Positions 1 to 9,487 of a DNA stretch of 64,000 nt are shown one piece after another (the first letter of the stretch is position 1; each line of letters starts with the position of its first letter). Under the pieces are notes generated by a model. That model saw only the letters and a program-made list of their open reading frames with translations. It was not told the DNA's origin and searched no databases. Both the position numbers and the translations under genes were made by a program. The stretch spans positions 1 through 64,000 of the forward strand of contig NZ_MWQY01000005.1 of NCBI RefSeq assembly GCF_002087085.1, given 5' to 3'.

Positions 1-55
1 CTCCTGACCAGTCCTTCGAGCCCACTGCTTGAACTGGTTTAATGCGCTGGCCCTG
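1..55 (+). mobile_element. Probable right end of an ISAs1-family insertion sequence (last codons of an ORF plus terminal inverted repeat)
   Basis: Frame 1 is open to TAA at 40-42, followed by TGCGCTGGCCCTG. The reverse complement begins CAGGGCCAGCGCATTAAA, like the CAGGG termini of ISAs1-family elements. SatD-like coding begins abruptly right after. The transposase lies outside the window. Confidence 0.5.
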
Positions 56-647
56 GGTCTTTCAGCGGGGCTTGAAACAGACTCTGAAACAGCTCTCCGG
101 AGCCTCGCCGGAGGCCTATCTGTCCCCGCTGACCATCACCCTGGGGGATGAGTTTCAGGCGGTCTATGGGGACTTCTCTGCGGTTTTTCCCCATATGCTG
201 GAGATCCTTCAGTTTCTTTCCCCCCACAAGCTTCGTGTGGCCCTGGCCTACGGGGAATTGACCACCGATATCAACCCGAAAGCTGCGTTGGAGATGGACG
301 GTCCCGCCTTCAACCTGGCCCGGGGCTGCATGGAAGGCCTTAAAAAACGGCAAAGCACCGCTCTCCTGATTGACGGCCTGCCGGAGGATCGTCTCCCGCT
401 GATAAACGCCGCGTGCACCCTGCTGGCGAATGCCCTGAACGACTGGAAACCCGCTACCCTTCGGATCGCCCGGGGACTGCAGAAGGGGGAGTCGGCGCAG
501 AGCCTCTCCGAAATGCTCGGGATAACCCCCAGGGCGGTTCACAAGAACATCGCCACCAATTACGTTCGGGACATCCTCGCGGCCATGGACGCCATAAACC
601 GGGAAGTCCGGGGCCTGACGGAAGAGAAGGGCGGAAGATTTACATGA
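56..647 (+). pseudogene. satD: SatD-family protein, 5'-truncated (probably IS-interrupted)
   Basis: ITLGDEFQ and MDGPAF motifs plus a C-terminal HTH-like segment. The usual N-terminal GDIxxS strand is missing and there is an in-frame TGA at 30-32. Confidence 0.65.
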
Positions 648-1408
648 CAGCGCCTTATCTCTCCTATGCGCTGCTTGTGACGATTCCCCTTCCGCGCATT
701 CTTATGCATCTTCGCCGGTATCCGGGGCCGGGCCTTAAGGCGCTTGCGGCTGCTCTGGTTTATCCAGTTGTGCTCCTGTTGCCCCTGAAGATTGAGTCTC
801 ATACCGGATTGCTGATCATCCTGTCCGCTGCAGTTCCCATATACCATATCCTGCTGATCAGGATGATTCGCAACCAGCATCTGGCGGCCTCCCTGCTCCT
901 GCTGCTGAATCTCGTAACAATACCTGCGGTGTTCGGCAGGCCGGAGCTGGTCTCCGGCTTCTCGGATTTCCTGCTGTCCCGGCTGGACAATCTGGCGGCA
1001 GCGAACCTGGCAGTTGCGGCTGTCAGCCCCGGGGAGATAGAAGCCTTTCTGTTCTACGGGATGGGAATAATGCTGGTTTCCGTGGGCCTGAACGATCCCA
1101 TCGCTCTCTTTCTGAAGCGTTCCCACCTGATGCCAGGGTTCGCGGGGGATTCTTCATCTCCGAATCCTGCTCCCGCTGATCCGGAGCCTGCCAGGGGGCG
1201 GATAATCGGCTATCTGGAGCGGGGGATTATTCTCGTCCTCATGCTCAGCGGCAACATCGGCGCCATCGGTTTTGTCCTGGCTGCAAAGGGGATAACCCGC
1301 TTCAGGCAGCTGGACGACCGGGATTTCGCGGAATATGTGCTCATCGGCACCCTTCTGTCGGTGGGGGCGACCATGCTGACCGGAGTTGTTCTGTCGGCGT
1401 TTGTATGA
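644..1408 (+). CDS. DUF3307-like multi-pass membrane protein (usual SatD partner)
   Basis: ATGA overlap with the satD stop; hydrophobic helices; conserved-type C-terminus GRIIGYLER...IGFVLAAKGITRF...AEYVLIGTLLS. Confidence 0.75.
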   Translation: MTAPYLSYALLVTIPLPRILMHLRRYPGPGLKALAAALVYPVVLLLPLKIESHTGLLIILSAAVPIYHILLIRMIRNQHLAASLLLLLNLVTIPAVFGRPELVSGFSDFLLSRLDNLAAANLAVAAVSPGEIEAFLFYGMGIMLVSVGLNDPIALFLKRSHLMPGFAGDSSSPNPAPADPEPARGRIIGYLERGIILVLMLSGNIGAIGFVLAAKGITRFRQLDDRDFAEYVLIGTLLSVGATMLTGVVLSAFV

Positions 1409-1454
1409 CCGGGAGCAGGGGATCGGCGCTTTGTCCTGTGGCACGTTTAAATGT

Positions 1455-2357
1455 TTACTGCCAGCCATGAGCAGGAGTCCACTGCATTGAAAAAAGGGAT
1501 TCATGGGAAAGTGCTGTAACTACCGGTATCAGAAAATCTAATACTACCTGTGCAATTTGTTCGAACGATGCCGGTATATACTCCAGCTTCATTCGCCGTC
1601 TAAATGCTGACCACTGGATTTGCTTTTCTGTGATGAACCTATCCTCGGTAACAGGAAGATCTGCTGATACTGTGGTTCCTCGCTGCTTGAATGTTCTTGA
1701 AAGTGCTTCAGCAAGAACCGGGCCTTCAAAACTGAATTGCCGCGACAGGAGCCAGATATCGAAAAAATCCTTCATTCTGCTATTCAGGTAGCCATGCTTA
1801 ACCATTGCTTCCAGTTTTTCCGCAATTGCACTTTCCCGGCTGTAACAGAACATGCTAGGCGCCGGGTGCTCTAACAATGTTGGGAAAGAGGACTTCCGGG
1901 GTGCCGGATATACACTATCACCAAAACCAATATCCAGCTGGAAATTGATTCGGGCAGTATCGAGAGTTCCCCTGAAGAAGACACGTACCCCTGAATACTC
2001 AGCTTCCTGAGTTATCTCTTCGCTGGAGATTGTCTCTGGATAGAAAAGAACTCCGTCGGAGTCTACCTCTACAGCAAGGATTTCGCGAACCTGTGCTTCG
2101 ATTTTTTCGGGTGAGTTCTCGGCATGACCCAACAGATCAATATCCATGGTCGGACGATGTTGTGGAGACTGCCATACCCGGAGCATCAGAGCACCTTTGA
2201 GAATAAAACGATCTGCATATCTTGACTGTGAAAGACGATACAAAAATCGCTCCATGCCGTAATACTGTAAAACCTCAGTGAAAGGTCTATTCTCTGCTTT
2301 TGAGAGGTTTAATAGACGCTGTCGGACCGAGGCTGCTACGTTTTTTGCTTCTTTCAC
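1455..2357 (-). CDS. abiEii: AbiEii/AbiGii-family nucleotidyltransferase toxin (type IV TA)
   Basis: FILKGALML, RPTMDIDL, AEKLEAM and SRMKDFFD motifs; GTG start overlaps the antitoxin stop (GTGA). Confidence 0.9.
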   Translation of the reverse strand: MKEAKNVAASVRQRLLNLSKAENRPFTEVLQYYGMERFLYRLSQSRYADRFILKGALMLRVWQSPQHRPTMDIDLLGHAENSPEKIEAQVREILAVEVDSDGVLFYPETISSEEITQEAEYSGVRVFFRGTLDTARINFQLDIGFGDSVYPAPRKSSFPTLLEHPAPSMFCYSRESAIAEKLEAMVKHGYLNSRMKDFFDIWLLSRQFSFEGPVLAEALSRTFKQRGTTVSADLPVTEDRFITEKQIQWSAFRRRMKLEYIPASFEQIAQVVLDFLIPVVTALSHESLFSMQWTPAHGWQ

Positions 2358-2947
2358 AGGAGAGCCTCCAGATATGGCTGTATACCACGATCTACCCGGC
2401 ATAGTTCTGCATAGTGCATAATTGCAGTGAAATTGCTATTTTTCTGAGATGTATAGAGTTTGAGTGCTTCAAGGAAAATATCGAGTCCAAGTTTATTGCG
2501 AAACTTGAAGCAGTCGACCAGGGTTTTTTCCTTATCATAGATATTCACCAGTACCCCATCAATCAGATGTTCTTCGACTCCGGATTTATATGCCAGATCA
2601 GAAAACTTATGCACACTTATTGGCGGAAAATCGATTCGAGGTGCTCTGACGGTATGGGGTAGTGCAATAAACACAGAATGGGGGATTTGCGTTGTCAGGT
2701 TGTGATAAGCGAGGGCTGAGACAAGGCAGATTACCGCATTAGGGGTTCGAAGGGCAACTGTTACCAGATCGGGGTTGCTTATGTCTGGCAGGGAGGCAAG
2801 CCGGTAGACTCCACGGCTTACCTGTTCAATAATCCCCCTATCGCGAAGCGAATACAGGGTATACCGATTGATACCTAGTTTGATAGCTTGAGACATGCGG
2901 AGTTGACCGCCATGTTGAAGAAAGATCTCTTCCGGTGTTTTTTTCAT
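2354..2947 (-). CDS. abiEi: AbiEi-family antitoxin / transcriptional regulator (type IV TA)
   Basis: N-terminal wHTH with RGVYRL; ICLVSALAYHNLTTQIP; EKTLVDCFKFRNKLG; lies directly upstream of the toxin. Confidence 0.9.
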   Translation of the reverse strand: MKKTPEEIFLQHGGQLRMSQAIKLGINRYTLYSLRDRGIIEQVSRGVYRLASLPDISNPDLVTVALRTPNAVICLVSALAYHNLTTQIPHSVFIALPHTVRAPRIDFPPISVHKFSDLAYKSGVEEHLIDGVLVNIYDKEKTLVDCFKFRNKLGLDIFLEALKLYTSQKNSNFTAIMHYAELCRVDRGIQPYLEALL

Positions 2948-2957
2948 GTATTACTAC

Positions 2958-3005
2958 CCAGACAAAATGATAATATTTGTCTTCAAAATATAGCATTATG
3001 TCTGG
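2958..3005. promoter_or_regulatory. 22-bp-arm inverted repeat upstream of abiEi, likely autoregulatory operator
   Basis: CCAGACAAAATGATAATATTTG-4 nt-CAAAATATAGCATTATGTCTGG, 17/22 complementary; overlaps a CATAAT -10-like hexamer on the minus strand. Confidence 0.7.
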
Positions 3006-3047
3006 AGAGTGTATAGGATTACATGCTATTCCTTTGGCAGGCTGGCT

Positions 3048-3186
3048 GCCCAAGAAGATTCTTTCTCCTCCGCCTGGGGCGTCGGACTGGCACTTTGTCC
3101 TGTGGCCAAAGTGATTGGCTACGGCTCGAATCCTCTCGGGTCCCCGAGAAATGTCAGAGGCCCCCAAAAGGGGGCCTCAGCCGTTG
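3048..3186. repeat. ~140-bp structured element downstream of tRNA-Arg with a duplicated tRNA 3' end
   Basis: GCCCAAGAAGATTC (3048-3061) matches tRNA GCCCAAGAGGATTC (3190-3203) at 13/14; internal hairpins; CGGACTGGC at 3083-3091; inverted T-arm copy at 3123-3140. Confidence 0.7.
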
Positions 3187-3260
<74 letters not shown>

Positions 3261-3268
3261 ATGGTATA

Positions 3269-3409
3269 CATCGGGATGAGAGGATTCTTATCCTTGCCCA
3301 TGTTCCATGAGCTGCGGACTGGCGTTTCCGATAAACGGAAACACTACGCCGAGGTTTGAATCCTCAGGTTAATCCGTTAATAACAGATCACCCTCTATCT
3401 CGAAGTTCA
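3269..3409. repeat. ~140-bp structured element downstream of tRNA-Pro with a duplicated tRNA 3' end
   Basis: Exact 19-bp CATCGGGATGAGAGGATTC at 3269-3287 and 3408-3426; CGGACTGGC at 3315-3323; hairpin GTTTCCG-ATAAA-CGGAAAC; inverted T-arm GAGGTTTGAATCCTC at 3351-3365. Confidence 0.75.
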
Positions 3410-3482
3410 TCGGGATGAGAGGATTCGAACCTCCGATCCCCTGGTCCCAAACCAGGTGCCCTAGCCACTGGGCCACATCCCG
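3410..3482 (-). tRNA. tRNA-Pro (anticodon TGG)
   Basis: CGGGATG...CCTGG-TT-TGG-GA-CCAGG...GGTTCGAATCC...CATCCCG-A. Confidence 0.95.
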
Positions 3483-3494
3483 TACAGGTGGATC

Positions 3495-3523
3495 AGTATA
3501 TCGATTCGCCGCTTCAGGGTCAA
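3495..3523 (-). promoter_or_regulatory. sigma70-type promoter for the tRNA-Pro/tRNA-Arg transcript
   Basis: TTGACC-17 nt-TATACT on the minus strand just upstream of tRNA-Pro. Confidence 0.7.
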
Positions 3524-3575
3524 TATTCCCTGAAATCCGATTGACACTGAGGGCGGCATCGGGTTTAGTCATTTC

Positions 3576-4232
3576 ATGGAGTATCCCCGTTCCAGAATTC
3601 TGAAGATCTACGATATACTCAACAAACGTTACCCCGATCCCCGTACCCTGCTGCACTTTCGAAATCCCTTTGAGCTGCTCATTTCGGTAATCCTCTCCGC
3701 CCAGACAACGGACCGGCAGGTCAACGAGGTCACCCCTGGGCTTTTTGAAGCCTATCCTGACGCCGCATCTTTGAGCAGGGCGGAGCAGGAAAGCGTGGAG
3801 AATCTGGTCCGCAGCACAGGGTTTTACCGGCAGAAGGCAAAGAATATTATTGCAACGGCCAGACAGCTGGAGGATGTTCACGGAGGCGCAGTCCCGGCCG
3901 GCATGGACGAACTGACCCGTCTGCCGGGGGTGGGCAGAAAAAGCGCCAACGTTGTGCTGGGACATATTTATAATCGTCCTGCCGTAATCGTGGACACCCA
4001 TTTTTCCCGGGTGGTACGAAGGCTGGGTTTAACCCAGGCAGAACAGCCGGAGAAAATAGAAAAAGAGATTGCCCTGCTGCTGGCCCCGGAGTTTCATACC
4101 CGCTTTTCCATGGTGATAAATTATCATGGCAGGGATCTGTGTCTGGCCAGGAGGCCGAAGTGCGGCGAATGTCCCTTGAATACACTGTGTCCCTGGTATT
4201 CCGAAAAACCTGCTGTTGTGCTCCGCGAATAA
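3576..4232 (+). CDS. nth: Endonuclease III
   Basis: LSAQTTD; HhH motif LPGVGRKSAN; VDTH; C-x6-C-x2-C-x5-C 4Fe-4S motif. Confidence 0.95.
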   Translation: MEYPRSRILKIYDILNKRYPDPRTLLHFRNPFELLISVILSAQTTDRQVNEVTPGLFEAYPDAASLSRAEQESVENLVRSTGFYRQKAKNIIATARQLEDVHGGAVPAGMDELTRLPGVGRKSANVVLGHIYNRPAVIVDTHFSRVVRRLGLTQAEQPEKIEKEIALLLAPEFHTRFSMVINYHGRDLCLARRPKCGECPLNTLCPWYSEKPAVVLRE

Positions 4233-4240
4233 TTTAGGGT

Positions 4241-5086
4241 TTAAGGTAAATTGATTTCCTGCCCTTCATATACGGCAAAACTGTGGGTCGTACCCTGCTT
4301 CCTGCTGATTATCTCCCGGCTTACTGCTTCGATTCTCTCTATATCACCGTCACAGTGGTCGGGATCGTGGTGAAAAATACCGTAATTTTTAACCCCGGAA
4401 TGAAGAGCGAAAAGGGCTGCATCGACGAAAGTGGAGTGGCCCCATCCTTTGGTATGTTTATACTCTTCGGGAGTGTACTGGGCGTCATGCAGCAGCAGGT
4501 CCGCATTCTTTGCGAAGTTGATGTATTCGGTATAGGAACGTCTTCCCTCATGATCATGACCCAGTTCGTTGTCCGTCAGGAAGACAAAGGATGCATCCTT
4601 GTCCTGTAATCGGAAACCGAAGCCTCCGTTGGGATGGCTGAGGGGAATGGGAATTAATTCAGCCGTTCCTATCCTGCGTACAATGGGCATTCCGTGACTG
4701 AAATCGAAGTTTGCCTTGAGGGAACTGAAGCGGGCGGGAAAGTAGGGTGCTTCCATCTGATGTTCCAGATACTTTTTCACTGATTCCTTCGCGATGGGGC
4801 CGCCCCGGACGTTTATGGTATAGTTTTCCCTGTAGGCGGGTAAAAAGAAGGGAAAGCCCATCAGGTGGTCCCAGTGGGAGTGGGTAAGAACCAGATACAA
4901 CTCCCTGCAGCTGTCGTCCCGGACAATCCTTTTTCCCAGCTTTCGCAATCCGGATCCGGCGTCGAAGATTACAACGCTGCCGTCTCTCAGGCTGACCTCG
5001 ATACAGCTGGTATTGCCGCCGAATTTGATGGTGGATTTACCGGGCGTTGGAATGGATCCGCGGCATCCCCATATCCTGATTTTCAT
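4241..5086 (-). CDS. MBL-fold metallo-hydrolase
   Basis: WGCRGSIP, GGNTSC, DAGSG, THSHWDH and WGHS motifs; start taken at MKIRIWG. Confidence 0.85.
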   Translation of the reverse strand: MKIRIWGCRGSIPTPGKSTIKFGGNTSCIEVSLRDGSVVIFDAGSGLRKLGKRIVRDDSCRELYLVLTHSHWDHLMGFPFFLPAYRENYTINVRGGPIAKESVKKYLEHQMEAPYFPARFSSLKANFDFSHGMPIVRRIGTAELIPIPLSHPNGGFGFRLQDKDASFVFLTDNELGHDHEGRRSYTEYINFAKNADLLLHDAQYTPEEYKHTKGWGHSTFVDAALFALHSGVKNYGIFHHDPDHCDGDIERIEAVSREIISRKQGTTHSFAVYEGQEINLP

Positions 5087-5146
5087 AATACCAGTATAGC
5101 ATACCTTCCGGGATCCATGACCCGTCGGAGCGATCTGCAAGGCTGA

Positions 5147-6052
5147 TCAGGGTATGTACCGATGAAAATCCTTAAGCGATTCAAGTCCTTCCTCTTTCAT
5201 ATAGGCCTTGATTCCCGCAAGGACCTTTACCGGTGCTGCAGGATCGACGAAGGTGGCCGTACCGATCTGAACGGCCGAGGCCCCCGCCAGCAGGTACTCG
5301 ATGGCGTCCTCAGCGTTCTGTATGCCTCCGATTCCTATAACGGGAATACCTACTGCCCGTTTAACCCTGTATACGGCGGCTACCCCGACGGGTTTGATCG
5401 CCGGGCCGGAGAGCCCGCCTGTTCCAGCCGGGAGGACCGGCTTTTTTTTGTGTATATCGATAACCATACCCACCAGGGTGTTTATGCAGCTTACGGCGTC
5501 GGCGCCTCCGGCCTCGGCGGCCTTTGCGATGGAGGCAATGTCCGTCACGTTGGGGGTGAGCTTTATTATCATCGGTTTGGGGCTTAAACCCCGCAGTTTA
5601 CGGGTCAGGCCCTCCACATACGCGGGGTTGCTTCCAAAGGCCAGACAGCCTTCCTTTACATTGGGACAGCTCAAGTTTATTTCGTAGCCCCAGACCTCAT
5701 CGAATTCGTCAAGTTCCTCCACAACCCTGCAGTAGTCCTCATCGTTTTTACCCGCCACGTTGACGACTACCGGACAGGGAAAGCGGCGGAAGAGGGGAAG
5801 CTTTTCCGAGATAAAGCGCTCGAGTCCCACGTTGGCAAGGCCGATGGAGTTCAGCAGTCCCGCGGGGGTTTCTATTATGCGGGGTATGTCGTTCCCCGGA
5901 CGCGCTTCCGGGGTTACCGCCTTTGAATAGATTGCGCCTAAACTGGAGAGGTCCACCAGCTCCTCGTATTCACTGCCGTAGCCGAAGGTTCCGGAGGCGA
6001 CCCCGGTGGGATTGGGGAGCTTTTTAGTTCCGATCTGTACTGTCAGTTCCAT
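5147..6052 (-). CDS. pyrD: Dihydroorotate dehydrogenase class 1B catalytic subunit
   Basis: ASGTFG, NSIGLAN, EINLSCPN, KLTPN and GGLSG motifs. Confidence 0.95.
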   Translation of the reverse strand: MELTVQIGTKKLPNPTGVASGTFGYGSEYEELVDLSSLGAIYSKAVTPEARPGNDIPRIIETPAGLLNSIGLANVGLERFISEKLPLFRRFPCPVVVNVAGKNDEDYCRVVEELDEFDEVWGYEINLSCPNVKEGCLAFGSNPAYVEGLTRKLRGLSPKPMIIKLTPNVTDIASIAKAAEAGGADAVSCINTLVGMVIDIHKKKPVLPAGTGGLSGPAIKPVGVAAVYRVKRAVGIPVIGIGGIQNAEDAIEYLLAGASAVQIGTATFVDPAAPVKVLAGIKAYMKEEGLESLKDFHRYIP

Positions 6053-6807
6053 TGGATGTCCCTGCTGTCAAAGATTGGTCCGTCGGCGCAGACGCGGGCA
6101 TAGCGCTCATGCCCTGTGAGCCGGATTACGCAGCCCATACAGGCCCCGACTCCGCAGGCCATGGTCTGTTCCATGGAGACGCTGCAGGGGGCATCGAGTT
6201 CAAGAGCCTTCCGGTGGATCGCCATCATCATCGGGTTCGGGCCGCAGGCGTAGAACCGGGGATGTGCGGGATACTGTGAGGGCAGGGCATCCACGACGGT
6301 CCCGTGAATACCGATGCTGCCGTCATCCGTGGCAAAAAGGGGTACCAGGTCCTCTGTTATTGAGGAGTCCGGCAGATACTCTCCGCTGCGGGCGCCGATG
6401 ATCAGGGTAAAATCCCTGCCTGCCTGTTTCAGCCCCCGGGCAAAGTATAGAATCGGCCCCATACCGATTCCGCCGGCAACAAGTACGGGGTGTTCGTTCT
6501 TCTCCGGTTCCGGCCAGGAGTTCCCCAGGGGAGCGATTATGTCCAGGGCGTCTCCTTCGCGCATTCCTGCCAGCATATCCGTCCCCGGACCGCGGCGCTG
6601 GTAGATCATGCGCGCCTTTCCGTCCCCGTGGCCTGCAAAGGCAAAGGGCCGTCTTAAAAGCGGAGCCGGTCCTTCCCCGATTTTCACTGTAAGGAACTGT
6701 CCGGGAAGAGGGATGTTTTTGTCCGAAAAATCACAGGAGAACTCGAGCTCAAAATAGTCCCTGGCTATCTCCCGGTTGTGCGTCAGGTGAACCTTTTCCT
6801 GGACCAC
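6043..6807 (-). CDS. pyrK: Dihydroorotate dehydrogenase electron transfer subunit
   Basis: LRRPF, GGIG, ACGP and MACGVGACMGC...VCADGP 2Fe-2S motif; overlaps pyrD. Confidence 0.93.
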   Translation of the reverse strand: MVQEKVHLTHNREIARDYFELEFSCDFSDKNIPLPGQFLTVKIGEGPAPLLRRPFAFAGHGDGKARMIYQRRGPGTDMLAGMREGDALDIIAPLGNSWPEPEKNEHPVLVAGGIGMGPILYFARGLKQAGRDFTLIIGARSGEYLPDSSITEDLVPLFATDDGSIGIHGTVVDALPSQYPAHPRFYACGPNPMMMAIHRKALELDAPCSVSMEQTMACGVGACMGCVIRLTGHERYARVCADGPIFDSRDIQWN

Positions 6808-7044
6808 AGTGCCCTCCGTCTTGATCAGGGGAATTCTGGTACAAATCGGTCCATAGTGCTACTATAGGGCAATATGCTGTCCCATGCAGCGTACGGATAC
6901 CGTTTCCAGCTGCTTTCAGTATAGACCGGGTTTCCCCTGCTGATAAAGTGCCCGGTTATTTCATTCCGTCTGAAGGGAGGAATATCGGAGAGCCCCCGGC
7001 GTTTTTTCTAAGCCCGGCAGGCGGCATGTCGATATTATGGATAT

Positions 7045-8550
7045 ATGGCTAATCTCGCGCTAATAAATTGTACGTCCCTTTCTCAGGAGGCCTTTATGCC
7101 TCTCTGCGACGGGAAATCGGCTTTCGATCTGGTCATCGAGCTGGCCGGGAAACTGCCGGATATTTCCGGACTCGTCTGCCTTTGCTCCCGGGAAAACGAT
7201 CTCCATGGAAAGATGGACGGCGTTTCCTGTATTTCCGGAATAGACAGCCCCGGGACACTCTTCGCCGCCCTGCAGAGCCTGTGCGAAAAGCAGCCGGAGT
7301 TGAACTCATTATTCTATCTGTACGGGGATACCCCCTTTGTTGATCCCGCTCTTTCGGAGCGGATGTGGAACAACCACCGCCGTTACCATGCAGACTATAC
7401 CTTTGCCGACGCCTATCCTGCGGGAATAGCCCCGGAGATCATCCGTGCATCCGCCGTCTCCGCCCTGGCACAACTGGCGGAGGGAATGAAGGGGCCGCTA
7501 AAACGGGATACGGTGTTCGAGGTGCTTCGCAGGGATATTAATGCCTTCGAGATCGAGACGGAAATTCCACCCCTGGACCTCAGGATGCTCCGGATATGCC
7601 TGGCCGCGGAAGACAGGGCCGGGTACATGCTGGTTAAGCGGGTTTGTGAGGCGGGAGTCCGGGGCGCCGAGGCGCTGCTTCGTTATCTTGATGAAAACCA
7701 GAGGATCCTCCGGACGCTTCCCGCCTACCTTTCTGTTCAGATCAGTGCCGGATGTCCCCAGGTCTGTACATACTGTCCCTATCCCGGCGTGGCGGGGGAT
7801 GTGGAAAAGCTTACGGATACCATGCCTGTGGGACGTTTCAGGGAACTTTTGCAGGGCTATTCTGATTTTGCCGGACGGGGATACGTCAATCTTTCGCCCT
7901 GGGGCGAGCCGGCACTGCACCCGGAGATATACGATATTCTGGATACGCTGCTGGATTACCCGAATCTGACGGGTGTGCTGGAGACCGCCGGTATCGGTTG
8001 GGATCGGGAAGCCCTTAAAAAACTGGCAGACCGAGCCGGGGAACAGCTTATCTGGATCGTCTCCCTCGATGCCCTGACTGAAGAAACCTACCGAAGGCTC
8101 AGGGGAAAAGGCTTTCAGGAGGCGGTTGATACCGCTGTGTATCTGCTGGAACTCTTTCCTTCCAGCGCCTGGGTCCAGGCTGTCCGCATGGACAGCAACG
8201 AGGAGGAGCTGGAGAAGTTCTATCGCTTCTGGAAGGAGCGTACGGAGAATATTATCATCCAGAAGTACGACCATTTTTCCGGCAGACTTCCCCAGCGCCG
8301 GGTGGCGGATATATCTCCCCTCAAGCGGAATCCCTGCTGGCATCTGAAGCGGGACCTGGTGGTGCTGATCAACGGCGATGTTCCCATGTGCCGTGAGGAC
8401 CTGGACGGTCAATATTCTCTGGGAAACATTTTCAGAGACGGTTTCGAAGCAGTCTGGAAGAGAGGGGAGGAATACTATCTTCAGCATCTTGAGCAGAAAT
8501 ATCCCTCCCTGTGCAGTGAGTGCGATGAGTACTACACCTTCAACTACTGA
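7045..8550 (+). CDS. Spiro-SPASM protein (cytidylyltransferase-like N-domain + radical SAM + SPASM)
   Basis: N-terminal GDTPFVD...ADYTFADAYPAG; CPQVCTYC radical SAM motif; GEP; C-terminal PCWHL...PMC...CSEC. Confidence 0.85.
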   Translation: MANLALINCTSLSQEAFMPLCDGKSAFDLVIELAGKLPDISGLVCLCSRENDLHGKMDGVSCISGIDSPGTLFAALQSLCEKQPELNSLFYLYGDTPFVDPALSERMWNNHRRYHADYTFADAYPAGIAPEIIRASAVSALAQLAEGMKGPLKRDTVFEVLRRDINAFEIETEIPPLDLRMLRICLAAEDRAGYMLVKRVCEAGVRGAEALLRYLDENQRILRTLPAYLSVQISAGCPQVCTYCPYPGVAGDVEKLTDTMPVGRFRELLQGYSDFAGRGYVNLSPWGEPALHPEIYDILDTLLDYPNLTGVLETAGIGWDREALKKLADRAGEQLIWIVSLDALTEETYRRLRGKGFQEAVDTAVYLLELFPSSAWVQAVRMDSNEEELEKFYRFWKERTENIIIQKYDHFSGRLPQRRVADISPLKRNPCWHLKRDLVVLINGDVPMCREDLDGQYSLGNIFRDGFEAVWKRGEEYYLQHLEQKYPSLCSECDEYYTFNY

Positions 8551-9487
8551 TAATAAAACCAGGGTGCCCTATACCGTTCTCGGCGGTGACAGGGAACGGG
8601 AAGGGAATCCTGATCTGCCCCTTACGGTCCTGCTTCTGAACCGGGGTACCCGGGTATACCGCAGCGAGGTTCTGCAGGAGATTGAACGGCTGCGGCCTGC
8701 GGAGATCATCTCTCTGGAGGGCTCCCGCAACACCTATGACCTCGAACCCCTGGCACGGAAGTTTCCCCGGGTTCGCTTTATCCGGCTTCACAGGCAGGTC
8801 AGCCTGGGCGAGTACCTGAATATCGGAATGGACGAGGCCCGGGGAACCTATGTTCTGGTCATCTGGAACGAGATGCGGATAAGCCAGGTCACGCCCAGGG
8901 CCCTGGAGCGGGTGGCTGAACAGCCCGGCGTCTGTACTGTTCCAGTTCTTTTGAATCAGCGGAATGAGACAATTCCCACCATGATGGCCCCGGGCTTTCA
9001 TAGAAAACGGCTCAAGGTTCTGCCCTTTATCTCCAGGAGCGACGGCATGCTGAGCCTTTTTCCCTATGATCATTGCGGTCTTTATCGTCGCAGTCAGTTC
9101 AATCTTCTCGGGGGCTTTGATCCGGAAATCGAGAACCCCTACTGGCAGCTCCTGGATTTCGGTTTCCGGGCTTATCTGTGGGGCGAGCGGATAAGCTCTT
9201 CAAACCAGTTTCGTATCGTCATGACCAGTGATCCGCCGACCCAGGATACTACCCCCGATGCCGGGTACCGCCGCTTTTTTCTAAAGAACCTGGCAATCCG
9301 TTTTGACAAGGACCGGGGAGTGCTTCCCCGTTCGCGTTTTCTCCCCTTTTATCTGCGTTCAGGCGCAACCTTTGTCGAGGCCCTCAGGGAATTCAGGGAA
9401 GCCGCAGCCTGGGTGGGCCTGCATCAGTACCGCTTTGTGCAGGATGCACGGACTATCGCCGATTTGTGGGAGGTCCCCGAAACGTGA
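8525..9487 (+). CDS. Glycosyltransferase family 2-like protein
   Basis: NIGMDEARG, GGFD and LDFGFRA GT-A-like segments; overlaps both neighbouring genes. Confidence 0.65.
   Translation: MSTTPSTTDNKTRVPYTVLGGDREREGNPDLPLTVLLLNRGTRVYRSEVLQEIERLRPAEIISLEGSRNTYDLEPLARKFPRVRFIRLHRQVSLGEYLNIGMDEARGTYVLVIWNEMRISQVTPRALERVAEQPGVCTVPVLLNQRNETIPTMMAPGFHRKRLKVLPFISRSDGMLSLFPYDHCGLYRRSQFNLLGGFDPEIENPYWQLLDFGFRAYLWGERISSSNQFRIVMTSDPPTQDTTPDAGYRRFFLKNLAIRFDKDRGVLPRSRFLPFYLRSGATFVEALREFREAAAWVGLHQYRFVQDARTIADLWEVPET

Noticed and set aside
6808..7044. PyrR attenuator or RiPP precursor ORF between pyrK and spiro-SPASM
   Set aside because: No PyrR-binding loop, terminator or convincing small ORF with an SD.
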